From the sequence record PZ544694.1: a DNA stretch of 56,700 bases; one strand, given 5' to 3'. The number at the start of each line of letters is the position of its first letter. Position 1 is the stretch's first letter. The notes under the pieces were generated by a model. That model was not told the origin of the DNA and made no database searches. It saw only the letters and a list, made by a program, of their open reading frames with translations. The DNA is from a phage. The position numbers and the translations under genes are program-made. Below, piece after piece: positions 9,835-19,179 of the stretch.

Positions 9835-10317
9835 ATGTCACAACAAAACGGCGTTTTAGAAATGTTATTAGCTAGCTTCGCAACTTTAAACGAGAATATC
9901 GAGAAGTTAAACGGAAACATCGAAGCGTTGGTAGCTAACGGCGTAGCATCGGGTAAAACTGAAACTAATGCCGACACTAAAGCTGAAAGCAAATCTGAAA
10001 CTAAAGCAGAAAGCAAGTCAGAGACTAAGACAGAAGAAAAGAAAGCGGATAAAAAATCTAATTCTAAAAAATCTGAAAAACAAGCTGACAAGCCGGCGGA
10101 TAAACCTAAATACACTAAATCAGACATCACCGAAGCGCTTCGCAAAGTTCGAGCTGATATCGACAAAGAAGAAGCGGTTCGCATCATCAATGAAGTCGGC
10201 GGTGTTGAGAAGATGGGCCAGATCCCAGAAGATAAGTATGAAGCTGTTTTCCAAGCGTGTGAAGCATCTCTTAACGGTGAATCAGATGACGACTCAGGCG
10301 ATGACGACGATATGTAA
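9835..10317 (+). CDS. hypothetical protein, charged repeats (KAESKSETK) and acidic C-terminus
   Basis: 160 aa frame-1 ORF; low-complexity Lys/Glu/Ser repeats; no recognised domain. Confidence 0.4.
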   Translation: MSQQNGVLEMLLASFATLNENIEKLNGNIEALVANGVASGKTETNADTKAESKSETKAESKSETKTEEKKADKKSNSKKSEKQADKPADKPKYTKSDITEALRKVRADIDKEEAVRIINEVGGVEKMGQIPEDKYEAVFQACEASLNGESDDDSGDDDDM

Positions 10318-10653
10318 TTGACTGGATTGTCTCGTTTCGACACGGCCTATAATACTCGTTATGAAATCCCTGTCAACACCTTTTTGACGAAATTTTTATA
10401 TCGGGTATCCACCTCAATGTTAGGCCACCCGAAAAGTTTCATTGCCGGTAAGATGTTTATCGCCTTTTAGGTGATACTTTTATCCTCTCAACTGATATCG
10501 CTCTCAGGTGGCCGTAGATTTAAGTCCGTTCACGTATTGACTTTCTGTTTTAAGTGGAATATCCCGCGCGTTGACTTATCTATAATTCTTGCGGTATTAT
10601 CTGCGTCTACCCTCGGGTTAGATTTATCACAACTAAGGAGCAAGTATTTATGA

Positions 10654-10938
10654 ATGAAAGAGAGTAATTTCCCATCGTGGGCGAAGAACAATAAAACGGG
10701 TCGACTTAAATTCATGATCCGGCATTTAGCCAGTTTCGCTTCGGAGGAGGGCCACCTAGTTTTCCTGTGCCGAGACGCTAAACTGTCGGTTCGTGGTGTC
10801 TCACAAGCAATCGACCGAGGAGAATTCACCTTTCAAATGGCGGATAAACTCGTTAAGGCTGCAAGCGTTGCTGGAAACCCGGACGTCACAGTTATGAACC
10901 TATTAAAACCTATGGAATCATTTAAAGAGGACAAATAA
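10654..10938 (+). CDS. hypothetical protein
   Basis: 94 aa frame-1 ORF upstream of primase-helicase; AAGAGGA Shine-Dalgarno-like motif at its 3' end precedes the next ATG. Confidence 0.35.
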   Translation: MKESNFPSWAKNNKTGRLKFMIRHLASFASEEGHLVFLCRDAKLSVRGVSQAIDRGEFTFQMADKLVKAASVAGNPDVTVMNLLKPMESFKEDK

Positions 10939-13614
10939 ATGTCTAACGTTTTCAAATCTCGTGGCCCTGAACTTTTCGACAATGGATACGAAGTCGTACC
11001 TATTACTCGTATCGACGCAACTGACAGCAAAGGGAAATTATTGTCTGGCGCGGGTAAAGCCCCGGCGTTAAAAGGGTGGCAGAAAATAGAGATCACTTCT
11101 GACATCGTTAATGAATGGGCGACGGGTAGTCGCTCTCGCTGTGGTGTGGGTATTCGTACCCACCGTAACCCTGCTGTCGATATCGACTGTTTAGACGCCG
11201 AAGCGTCAGAACACATGACGGCTTTCGTTGAGTCGGAAGTGGGCTTTGCTCCTATCCGTGTTGGGCGTGAACCTAAAGCGCTACTCCTCTATTATACAGA
11301 ACGTCCTTTCACAAAAGTAAAATCAACCATCTTCGTTGATGAAAACGGGAATGAAAACGCTGTCGAGATATTAGGAAGCGGGCAACAATTCGTTGCTTAC
11401 GGTATCCACCCGGGAACTAAGAAACCGTATAAATGGGTTACTAAAGGCGAGTCGCCTGCGGAAAACCAAGCGGATTTTGACCTTGAAGAAATCACACTAG
11501 AAGACGCGAGAAAAATTATTGCGGAATTCGACCGGTATGCGAAAGAGCGCGGTTGGAAACCTTTAAAAAGTAAAAGCGGTACGGTCATCAAGCCATCTTT
11601 GGGCTACTACTTAGATGCTCCGGAAGAACTATCAGACTGGTCGGACGAGTCGGACTTTGACGATGATGAAGACGATTGGGTCACTACTGATGATATCACC
11701 GATAAATGGGACGGTACTTACGAAGAACTTTACGAAATCTTCGAAAATGATATCGAACCATCTTACGATTACCACACTTGGATTCCTGTTCTGGCTGCAC
11801 TTAAAGACGCCGAACGTGAGCCGGACGAGTTTAAAGAGATCGCGAGAATGTGGTCTGCTCGGGCCGAGGAGTCTTTCGATAACGATGCCTTTGAAGATAA
11901 ATGGGAAAACGGTAATTTCAATCGTGTTGGTAAATACGCTAAGACATTACGAGGAGTAATTGCCGAAGCGGAAAAGATCCAAGGCGTTCGCGAAATTGAG
12001 GACGTAGTTATACCTTTATTCGAAAAAGCTACTGACTTGGCCGAGTGGACTTTAGCTGCCGACCGCCTACGTGAAACGTGGGCTTTCGGTTTAGAAAGAG
12101 AGACGGCCATAAACATTGCTTGCGAAAAGTATAAGAAAGTCACTAACGGGTTAAAACTTACGGACGTTCAAAAGAAACGATATCTTAGTATCGATTACTC
12201 TCTCTTTGACGCTCCCGAATGGTTGGCTCCTTGGGTTTATTGTACTACGGATAACGAGTTTATTAACTTAGACAATAGAACCAGAATGAACCCTAAATCT
12301 TTCGCGAATGCCTATAACCGAGAAACTGTGAAGAAATTCGGGGTAGCTGCGGACGTTTTCGCCACGGTTGAAAGACCCGTTCCTGTTATCCACGATACGA
12401 TGTATTACCCGTTGATGCACGGTGAGATGCCTAAGAACAAATGGAAGCGGGTTCCGGGTATTAATGACAAGCGTGTTTTCGAATACAACGGTTTGACGTT
12501 CTTAAATACCTTTGACCATCGTTCCATGCCTGAGACCGCAACAAAAATTTCGACCGCTGGATATAAGGCGATCGGGGAGGTAAAACGATACTTCGAAATA
12601 CAGTATCCAGATCCAGACGAACGAAGACATGCGATGGACTGGATCGCGTGGGTTATCAATAATCCTGTTAGAAAGATTAACTATATGCTTCTCGTTCTTG
12701 GTGGTCAGGGTTCCGGTAAAACCATCGTTAAGAAGTTTATGGAACACATGCTCGGCTCTGATAACGTCTCTACGATTTCGAATAAGGTTATCCATGGTAA
12801 TTTTACCGGGTGGCAGTCTGGTCACATGCTCAAAGTTATTGAGGAAATATCGGTGAGTGGTCATCGCTACGACGTTATGAACTCATTGAAAGAGCCGATA
12901 TCGAATGAAACGTTACAGATCGAAGCGAAGTACCGTGACCCACGCCAGTGTGTGAATACTTCGTCGTATATGGCATTTACCAATGATGTTGGTGCTTTGC
13001 CTCTTACATCAAGTGACCGTCGCTTCTTGTTAGTTCGTAGTGCGTTCCAGCACAAGCGTGAAGTCACTGAATACCTACGGAAAGACCCTAATTACTTTAA
13101 ACGGTTTGAGAAAGCCTTTACTAAACACGCACCGGAGATCCGCAAATGGTTTAGCGAGTGGGAGTATTCCGAGGGCTTCAAACACGATGGTAACGCTCCT
13201 GAAACGGTGAGTATGGGAAGCATGTCTTTAGCGTCAGAAGACGATTTCACCTCCGTAGTAATGGGGGCCGTAGATGATTGTGAGAAAGAGTTAGAATTTA
13301 CATCGGGGATCACAGACGAAGTAATTTTCATTCCATCGGCAGTAGATTTAGTCCGAGATAGGTCTAAGGTTCCTAACGGGAAAATAATATATCGCATACT
13401 CGCTGAATATGGTTTCTTCCGGCCTGTGGATTCTCGTACACAAATAAGATTTAATGACGTAAGAGGACAAGTTGTTGTCGCGAATAGACATAAATGGCTC
13501 TATCCTGATGGGAGTGTCAACGTAGATAAGATTAAAGAGCATTTAGAGGAGAACGAACGCCGGGTAGAAGAACAAGAAAGCAAGAGAGAGTTAGAAGAAA
13601 CTGACGTTTTCTAA
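10939..13614 (+). CDS. DNA primase-polymerase / SF3 helicase (PrimPol N-terminus, D5/P4-type helicase C-terminus)
   Basis: 891 aa; N-terminal GYEVVPI...GKAPALKGWQ PrimPol-like; Walker A LVLGGQGSGKT, Walker B-like region further C-terminal. Confidence 0.7.
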   Translation: MSNVFKSRGPELFDNGYEVVPITRIDATDSKGKLLSGAGKAPALKGWQKIEITSDIVNEWATGSRSRCGVGIRTHRNPAVDIDCLDAEASEHMTAFVESEVGFAPIRVGREPKALLLYYTERPFTKVKSTIFVDENGNENAVEILGSGQQFVAYGIHPGTKKPYKWVTKGESPAENQADFDLEEITLEDARKIIAEFDRYAKERGWKPLKSKSGTVIKPSLGYYLDAPEELSDWSDESDFDDDEDDWVTTDDITDKWDGTYEELYEIFENDIEPSYDYHTWIPVLAALKDAEREPDEFKEIARMWSARAEESFDNDAFEDKWENGNFNRVGKYAKTLRGVIAEAEKIQGVREIEDVVIPLFEKATDLAEWTLAADRLRETWAFGLERETAINIACEKYKKVTNGLKLTDVQKKRYLSIDYSLFDAPEWLAPWVYCTTDNEFINLDNRTRMNPKSFANAYNRETVKKFGVAADVFATVERPVPVIHDTMYYPLMHGEMPKNKWKRVPGINDKRVFEYNGLTFLNTFDHRSMPETATKISTAGYKAIGEVKRYFEIQYPDPDERRHAMDWIAWVINNPVRKINYMLLVLGGQGSGKTIVKKFMEHMLGSDNVSTISNKVIHGNFTGWQSGHMLKVIEEISVSGHRYDVMNSLKEPISNETLQIEAKYRDPRQCVNTSSYMAFTNDVGALPLTSSDRRFLLVRSAFQHKREVTEYLRKDPNYFKRFEKAFTKHAPEIRKWFSEWEYSEGFKHDGNAPETVSMGSMSLASEDDFTSVVMGAVDDCEKELEFTSGITDEVIFIPSAVDLVRDRSKVPNGKIIYRILAEYGFFRPVDSRTQIRFNDVRGQVVVANRHKWLYPDGSVNVDKIKEHLEENERRVEEQESKRELEETDVF

Positions 13615-14030
13615 ATGCACGTTTGGTCAAAAAATGAGCGTACAAAATTTATACAGAAAAACGTTCAATATTTAACCGATTTTCGGGTGATCGGATTTTT
13701 TGAGTGAGTGAATTTCCAATTTTTCATTTTTCCATTTTTTGGTCGAAAAACACCGAAAATGCTGTACAAATTTTATACAGGGTTTTTTGACACAAAGTGT
13801 GTCGGTCATGTGTTCCGACGTGTGCGTGCCAGTTAAATGTTGTACAAAAATCACCCAACACACATGATCGAATTACCTTTATATAGCTTATATATATATT
13901 TTTCTATTTTTCCTTTCCTATCTATTTTTTCTTTCTTCTGGAATTTCTATTTTATTATCTATTACTGTGTTTGCTGTGTCAGAAAGAAAGTAATATAGTT
14001 GCTGTGTCAGAAAGAAAGTAATATAGTAAA
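13615..14030. promoter_or_regulatory. AT-rich repeat-containing region, candidate origin or regulatory region
   Basis: Three copies of AATG-nn-GTACAAA-type motif at 13633-13656, 13757-13780, 13834-13853; T-tracts; 28-bp tandem repeat at 13972-14027; only very short ORFs. Confidence 0.35.
13972..14027. repeat. perfect 28-bp tandem direct repeat x2 (TGCTGTGTCAGAAAGAAAGTAATATAGT)
   Basis: Read directly: copy 1 at 13972-13999, copy 2 at 14000-14027. Confidence 0.9.
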
Positions 14031-14333
14031 AACAATAACTTACCTTGGAACACCTATTGGAACATCAGCCGGCACAGCAATTTCCTGTGACACACCACCA
14101 GCCATGGTAATACCTAAAACGGCGCATAACTATTTGATATTATTACGGAATTACCTAAAATACCGGTCATTACGGTAAATGATGTCCCCTATTGCTAAAG
14201 CCTGTGCGTCGCTCTCCGTGCTTTCTAGAGAAGAATCACTTTTAAATCGAAAAAGGTACTTGGACGAGTTGTCCGGTTGGGCGGGGGTGCGCAGAGCCGT
14301 CTTCCAGAAATTTGTCCGGGATCTGCCATAGAT

Positions 14334-14624
14334 GTTTGGGTGTTCGGGTGGGCGGTGTTGTGGGTTAGATGTGCTTCAAATTGTAAGCGTGTGCGATTGT
14401 GCGAGGCGATCGCGGTGTTAGTTGTCGGTCGTATCCGTTGAGCGGGGGTATAGCGCCTCGGGTGAACACGCCGATCGGGAACGTCGTTTTTACGTTTTGT
14501 GCGGGTGTTCGGGTGTGCGGTTGTACCGCATGACGTTTTTACAAATATAAATGCGGTCGCGCCAGCGCCTACCCACCCAACACCACCACCCCAAGCCCTC
14601 ACTCTCCCCCATTCCCCCCCACCC
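14334..14624. repeat. G-rich imperfect direct repeats followed by a C-rich tract
   Basis: GGGTGTTCGGGTG-type motif at 14334-14366 and 14494-14528; C-rich tract about 14566-14624 (CCCACCCAACACCACCACCCC...). Confidence 0.6.
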
Positions 14625-14766
14625 TATGGAAAATTGCCGTAAAGCCATGTGTTGCGTCCTCAGCGTGTTTTGCCCGCTAGGTAAGGCCGATGTATTACCT
14701 ACGATGAGTTATGCCCGTGTGGTTCGATTGAGGGCGGAAGACGGCGCTTTGTTTGTTCCGACTTAA

Positions 14767-15006
14767 ATGAGCATTCTCAAGATGCTACTCTCCGGTGTGT
14801 ACAACGTGGGCGCCGTGTGTTTCTTCGGCCTAATTTCGATTTATATTCTCTCGTTCTTTTTCCGCGCCCTACAAAACCACGGTTTCGACGGTCTACACCG
14901 CACTACGTTAGTTCTCGAATCAATCGGCGCTATCATGATGGTCGTCTTCATGGTTTGCGTTGCGATCTTGGTGTTCGCCGGAGGCGTCGCCCTAACAATC
15001 CGGTAG
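14767..15006 (+). CDS. small hydrophobic membrane protein, hypothetical
   Basis: 79 aa, two or three predicted TM helices (VCFFGLISIYILSFFF; IMMVVFMVCVAILVFAGGVAL). Confidence 0.4.
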   Translation: MSILKMLLSGVYNVGAVCFFGLISIYILSFFFRALQNHGFDGLHRTTLVLESIGAIMMVVFMVCVAILVFAGGVALTIR

Positions 15007-15585
15007 ATGAGTTGTAACTGTTTCGATCGTATTCAAAAATCGATGGCTGATCGGGTGGCCGGTAAGTTGCCGAACGGCGCAATAATACACTCGGCGGAGT
15101 GGAAAACAGAAGTGTTAGCTATTGAAAATAAAAAGTTGAAAACCCGATATTTTCTAGACTTCACCATAGAGTATCAAGAGCGTAGACCGGACGGGACGCT
15201 CTACTCGACGGTAACAAAATCTGATTTTCCTGTGTTTATGAATTATTGCCCGTTCTGTGGCGTAAAGTTCGAGGAGGACGAACAAACTCAGGATCAGGAA
15301 GACCGTTTTAAATTCCCTGCGCTAGTCTACGTCAAAAATGGAAAAGACCCCATCGCACACACGGGGGCAACGTTACAACGAAGTGGGACAGAACACCCTC
15401 GCGGAATGTTTGCGGAGTACGTGAACGTGCGAACCAATGAGCGGATTTACTTTTCTGAGTCGTTGATGTCCTCCCGCCTAGACGGTGGCGATTACGTCGA
15501 GATCCCCGACGACTGGGAACAACTCAGCGACTATTGCCAGAAAGACATAATCGCAGAACGAAAAGCACGAGGCGGTCGAAAATGA
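15007..15585 (+). CDS. hypothetical protein with Cys pairs (CNC...CPFC)
   Basis: 192 aa frame-1 ORF; possible zinc-ribbon cysteines. Confidence 0.45.
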   Translation: MSCNCFDRIQKSMADRVAGKLPNGAIIHSAEWKTEVLAIENKKLKTRYFLDFTIEYQERRPDGTLYSTVTKSDFPVFMNYCPFCGVKFEEDEQTQDQEDRFKFPALVYVKNGKDPIAHTGATLQRSGTEHPRGMFAEYVNVRTNERIYFSESLMSSRLDGGDYVEIPDDWEQLSDYCQKDIIAERKARGGRK

Positions 15586-15798
15586 ATGGAAATAATCAAC
15601 GCTTGGCCGTTTTGTCTCGGTGTCGTTTTGATGGTGTTAGGGTTCGGCGTGGCTGTCCTGTGTATCGTGGGGACGAACAAAGCGACCCGAAGCGAAACCT
15701 TTGAGAAATTACGCGCTGTAAGTTTAGCCGGAATCACCTTTGTGATGGTGGGCGCGTGTTTCGTCATCTACTCGTCTGTTAGGAGTCAATTATTATGA
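15586..15798 (+). CDS. small membrane protein, hypothetical
   Basis: 70 aa, two hydrophobic helices. Confidence 0.4.
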   Translation: MEIINAWPFCLGVVLMVLGFGVAVLCIVGTNKATRSETFEKLRAVSLAGITFVMVGACFVIYSSVRSQLL

Positions 15799-16488
15799 AT
15801 GATCGTATTAACTGGTTGTACTCAAAACACGTTTGACATGAAGATCCACACTAAAGCGGGCGCCGTTTTCCATACAAATATTAGCTTTGAAGATTTCCGC
15901 ACTAAAGCCAGTGGGGCTTCGTACCACTTGCATAAAATGGGTCATGAACTGGGCGACGTTGAGTCTCTTGGCATGGTTCCGGAAGATAGGTTTAACCGTG
16001 TGCGCTTTTGGGCGCATGGCATGGAAAAGCTGATCGTAGCGCATAATACCGGCTTTCACTCGTTCGACTTTCTCCACGTTGATTTATTGCCGATAAATAC
16101 ACTACTAGGTGAGGTCAAAACGCCGTTAATCATTCCGTCGTTGATTGGTGGCGTGAATCTCGGCACATGGAAAAACGATTGTTATTTAATTACCTCACCC
16201 TTGGCGAAAGATAACGGTAAATCGGTTCTAGTATGTCAAGGGGAGAAAGTTCTAGAGGACGAGGAACTAACGCAATCAGAGCTAGACGCGGGGGAGAACT
16301 TGAACACACTCACCGTATTAACTGACCTGCAAACACTCCGCCAGCCTTACCTAGTCAGCGATGGCGATTTATTTTGCGACCAGTTCGATTCTAGCGTGGG
16401 GATTGTGTTAAACGTTGTCGCGGACACCTACGGGGATATTGTCATTAACCCACACGGAATAGCAAATACTCAATTTATGGATCGCTAG
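15799..16488 (+). CDS. hypothetical protein
   Basis: 229 aa frame-1 ORF; AGGAG upstream; ATGA stop/start duplicated at junction. Confidence 0.5.
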   Translation: MIVLTGCTQNTFDMKIHTKAGAVFHTNISFEDFRTKASGASYHLHKMGHELGDVESLGMVPEDRFNRVRFWAHGMEKLIVAHNTGFHSFDFLHVDLLPINTLLGEVKTPLIIPSLIGGVNLGTWKNDCYLITSPLAKDNGKSVLVCQGEKVLEDEELTQSELDAGENLNTLTVLTDLQTLRQPYLVSDGDLFCDQFDSSVGIVLNVVADTYGDIVINPHGIANTQFMDR

Positions 16489-17289
16489 ATGAAAAAGATT
16501 ACTATCGGTGCTTCAGAACGTGCGGAATTACGTCAAATTTGTAACGTTATCAAAGCTAATCCTACGCACTATGAAACGGTTACTTACACGAATAAAGACG
16601 CGACCGCATCTATCAAAGTTAAATATTCCGCCGGCGAAAAACTAACGTATAAAGCCTTTATCACCGTTATCGTGGGCGAGAAAGTGGCAACCGAAACCGT
16701 AGAAGCCGGAAGTTTTAATATCGTCGAGAACAAGATCCGTGCGTGTGGTTCTGTTGACTACTTGACCGAGTTATCAAATAAAACCGTATCCCTAGATAAA
16801 CCGCTTCACGTATCATTGCGTAAATCAATGCAACCAAGCGCACAGCAACGTAGAGGAATCAAGGAGATGACGCGTAAAGCGGAGAAAGCCGACCCATTGG
16901 ATTTAGTGCTTATGGATAGCCTCTTGATCGTTCGCAAGTCGTTTGGTGTCGTATATCGTGGCCAAGTTCTAAACTTCAAAAGTGCTATAAACAATCAAGG
17001 GGCGATCAAGATTATCGTGTCTATAAATACGATGTTTAATAACGACTTACAATATGTGTGGTCAATGATATACACCCTCGACCGTTTGGCCTACGATATA
17101 CGCAATGGGAACCTCGCCATTCTATCGCATAGTGCGCCGACGAAAGTTTTACGGGTGTACGGTTGGCGCGGTGACTATGAGACTATCGCAGTAAACCAGA
17201 AAGCCCGACTGTCATCAGTGATCGAGAATTTCATGATTGAGGGTGGTTCTCGTCGCATTGAGTTTCGCCCGTTACCTCAAAGAAACTAA
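16489..17289 (+). CDS. hypothetical protein
   Basis: 266 aa frame-1 ORF, no recognised domain. Confidence 0.5.
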   Translation: MKKITIGASERAELRQICNVIKANPTHYETVTYTNKDATASIKVKYSAGEKLTYKAFITVIVGEKVATETVEAGSFNIVENKIRACGSVDYLTELSNKTVSLDKPLHVSLRKSMQPSAQQRRGIKEMTRKAEKADPLDLVLMDSLLIVRKSFGVVYRGQVLNFKSAINNQGAIKIIVSINTMFNNDLQYVWSMIYTLDRLAYDIRNGNLAILSHSAPTKVLRVYGWRGDYETIAVNQKARLSSVIENFMIEGGSRRIEFRPLPQRN

Positions 17290-17511
17290 ATGAAGCCGGT
17301 AAATAATCCAACCTTGGATAAGACGATCGAGATTTACCAAGAGCGAGGCGAAAATATTTATTACGTTGTTGCGGGCGGTGTATGGATCGGGACGATTGCC
17401 AAGACACCACACCACCTCAAGCCGTGGACTTTCTGCGGGCAAGGTGTGAGCCTTGGCGGGGATTCCTTGGAAATGGTTAAAAAATCCGTGGTTACGATGC
17501 TCACACGGTAA
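17290..17511 (+). CDS. hypothetical protein
   Basis: 73 aa frame-1 ORF. Confidence 0.35.
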   Translation: MKPVNNPTLDKTIEIYQERGENIYYVVAGGVWIGTIAKTPHHLKPWTFCGQGVSLGGDSLEMVKKSVVTMLTR

Positions 17512-18153
17512 ATGAGACGCGTTGATCCTAAAGACTGTTTAGACATAATCCTAAACTACCATTATGCGAAACGTCGACCTAGCATATCTTACGCTTTCGG
17601 GTTCTTCGAAGACGAGGAGCTTGTCGGGGTTCTAACTATCGGTAAGCCGGCCAGCAACCCGCTATGTGTTGGAATATTGGGCGAGGAGTACAAAAGCCAC
17701 GTTTTTGAGTTAAACCGACTTTGTTTTATTCGTCCAATCCGTAACGCTCCGTCGCAGTTGATCGCCTTCGCTATGGCTGAGTTGAAAAGTGAAAACCTTG
17801 TCATCGTGTCGTATGCGGATCGCGGTATGAACCACAACGGATATATTTATCAAGCGTCTAATTTCATCTACACGGGGGCGACGAAAGCGCGCACCGATAA
17901 ATACACGGAGCAAGGTAAACACTCTCGGCATTATCAAGGAAAGGAAAGCAAGACGTATCGACAAGTCAGAACATCTAAGCATCGTTACGTTTATTTTACG
18001 GGGAGCCGTTCGGTCGTGAAGAAGTATAAAAAGTTGCTTCGATATCCGGTATTGCCTTATCCCAAGGAAGAAAATAAAAATTATGTGCTCGGATCCGAGT
18101 ACAAGCAAGAACTCGTTAAGATTAAAGGGGGAGAAAATGAAGCCGGTAAATAA
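17512..18153 (+). CDS. putative Mom-like DNA modification protein
   Basis: 213 aa; HYAKRRP, LVGVLTIGKPASNP, VIVSYADRGMNHNGYIYQASNFIYTG, KHRYVYF, PVLPYPKE recalled as characteristic of Mom-family proteins; recalled from memory, not searched. Confidence 0.4.
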   Translation: MRRVDPKDCLDIILNYHYAKRRPSISYAFGFFEDEELVGVLTIGKPASNPLCVGILGEEYKSHVFELNRLCFIRPIRNAPSQLIAFAMAELKSENLVIVSYADRGMNHNGYIYQASNFIYTGATKARTDKYTEQGKHSRHYQGKESKTYRQVRTSKHRYVYFTGSRSVVKKYKKLLRYPVLPYPKEENKNYVLGSEYKQELVKIKGGENEAGK

Positions 18154-18894
18154 ATGACTTTCATTTCTAACGTTGTAACCGATAACAGCCCTTTTGATAT
18201 GCCCGAAAGTGTTCGTAATTATATTTTGACAGTTAACCCTCGCGCCAAGGTGGGCGATGTTAAAACATTATCGGGGGCGATAGCATTAATTGCGGATTTC
18301 GATAAATTCATTCCACTAGCACGTTACCTATTTGAGAGCGTCGAGGTGAGCGTGTTCGATCATGGTGCGAGCTGTCATATGGCCAATGATGCGGACTTAT
18401 CCGCACGAACTATCGCCGTAATGAAAGCGCTGGGGTTCTCTTTAGACCTTGATAAATCTCACGGAGCGACAACATTTGCGAAAACAATCGACGGGAAAGA
18501 ATTAAAAGCCATATTTTTTAGCCGTGGCGAAGAAGCCGAAGGTTGGGACATAACTTTCACGATCGGCGGGTGTGTGACGCTTAAACGTAACGCGGTTAGC
18601 GATTTAGACGCCTTGATCTTGGCGTCACTCCCTGAAAGTTTCGACACAATGCGCCCACTGTTAGACGGCCTGTCAAGCCTTGGTTTCGAAGTGAACAACG
18701 AAGCATCAGTTGACGGGCTTACAGTGTTCTACTGCGAAGACGACGGGCGAGAAATCCACGTGAAAGATGGCGACGTGTTCGGGCATTTTTTCGCGGTCTA
18801 CTTCGTTGATGGTAAAGACGTTGCGATACGCGCGAATCGTCCGGCCGAAATTATTGTTCGTGACGCCTCAGAATCGTGGACGTGGGAGGGTTAA
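18154..18894 (+). CDS. hypothetical protein
   Basis: 246 aa frame-1 ORF. Confidence 0.5.
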   Translation: MTFISNVVTDNSPFDMPESVRNYILTVNPRAKVGDVKTLSGAIALIADFDKFIPLARYLFESVEVSVFDHGASCHMANDADLSARTIAVMKALGFSLDLDKSHGATTFAKTIDGKELKAIFFSRGEEAEGWDITFTIGGCVTLKRNAVSDLDALILASLPESFDTMRPLLDGLSSLGFEVNNEASVDGLTVFYCEDDGREIHVKDGDVFGHFFAVYFVDGKDVAIRANRPAEIIVRDASESWTWEG

Positions 18895-18970
18895 TTGTTT
18901 TCATGTTTTCAAATCAAGGCTATATTAACGGATATTTTTCAACTTGTAAACAATAAATTTCTCAGCGGAA

Positions 18971-18998
18971 AAGAAAAAAGCCCGCATATACGGGCTTA
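18971..18998 (-). terminator. intrinsic terminator-like hairpin (T-tract on complementary strand)
   Basis: GAAAAAAGCCCG-CATATA-CGGGCTT; 6-bp GC-rich stem, 6-nt loop; reverse complement gives hairpin followed by TTTTTTC. Confidence 0.45.
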
Positions 18999-19179
18999 AA
19001 TGGTGATCAGGGAAAAGAAAAACTGGTATTATTGTTCATGCGGTAAGCCGTTTAGATCTGAGGCTCGCAGTAGTAACGGGCTAGTTTTGTTTCGATTAAA
19101 GTGCGTATCCTGTGGGATATATTCACCGTGGCGCGGTTCAATTGGGCTATGTGTAGCGACGCTTGACAGCACCACGTAA

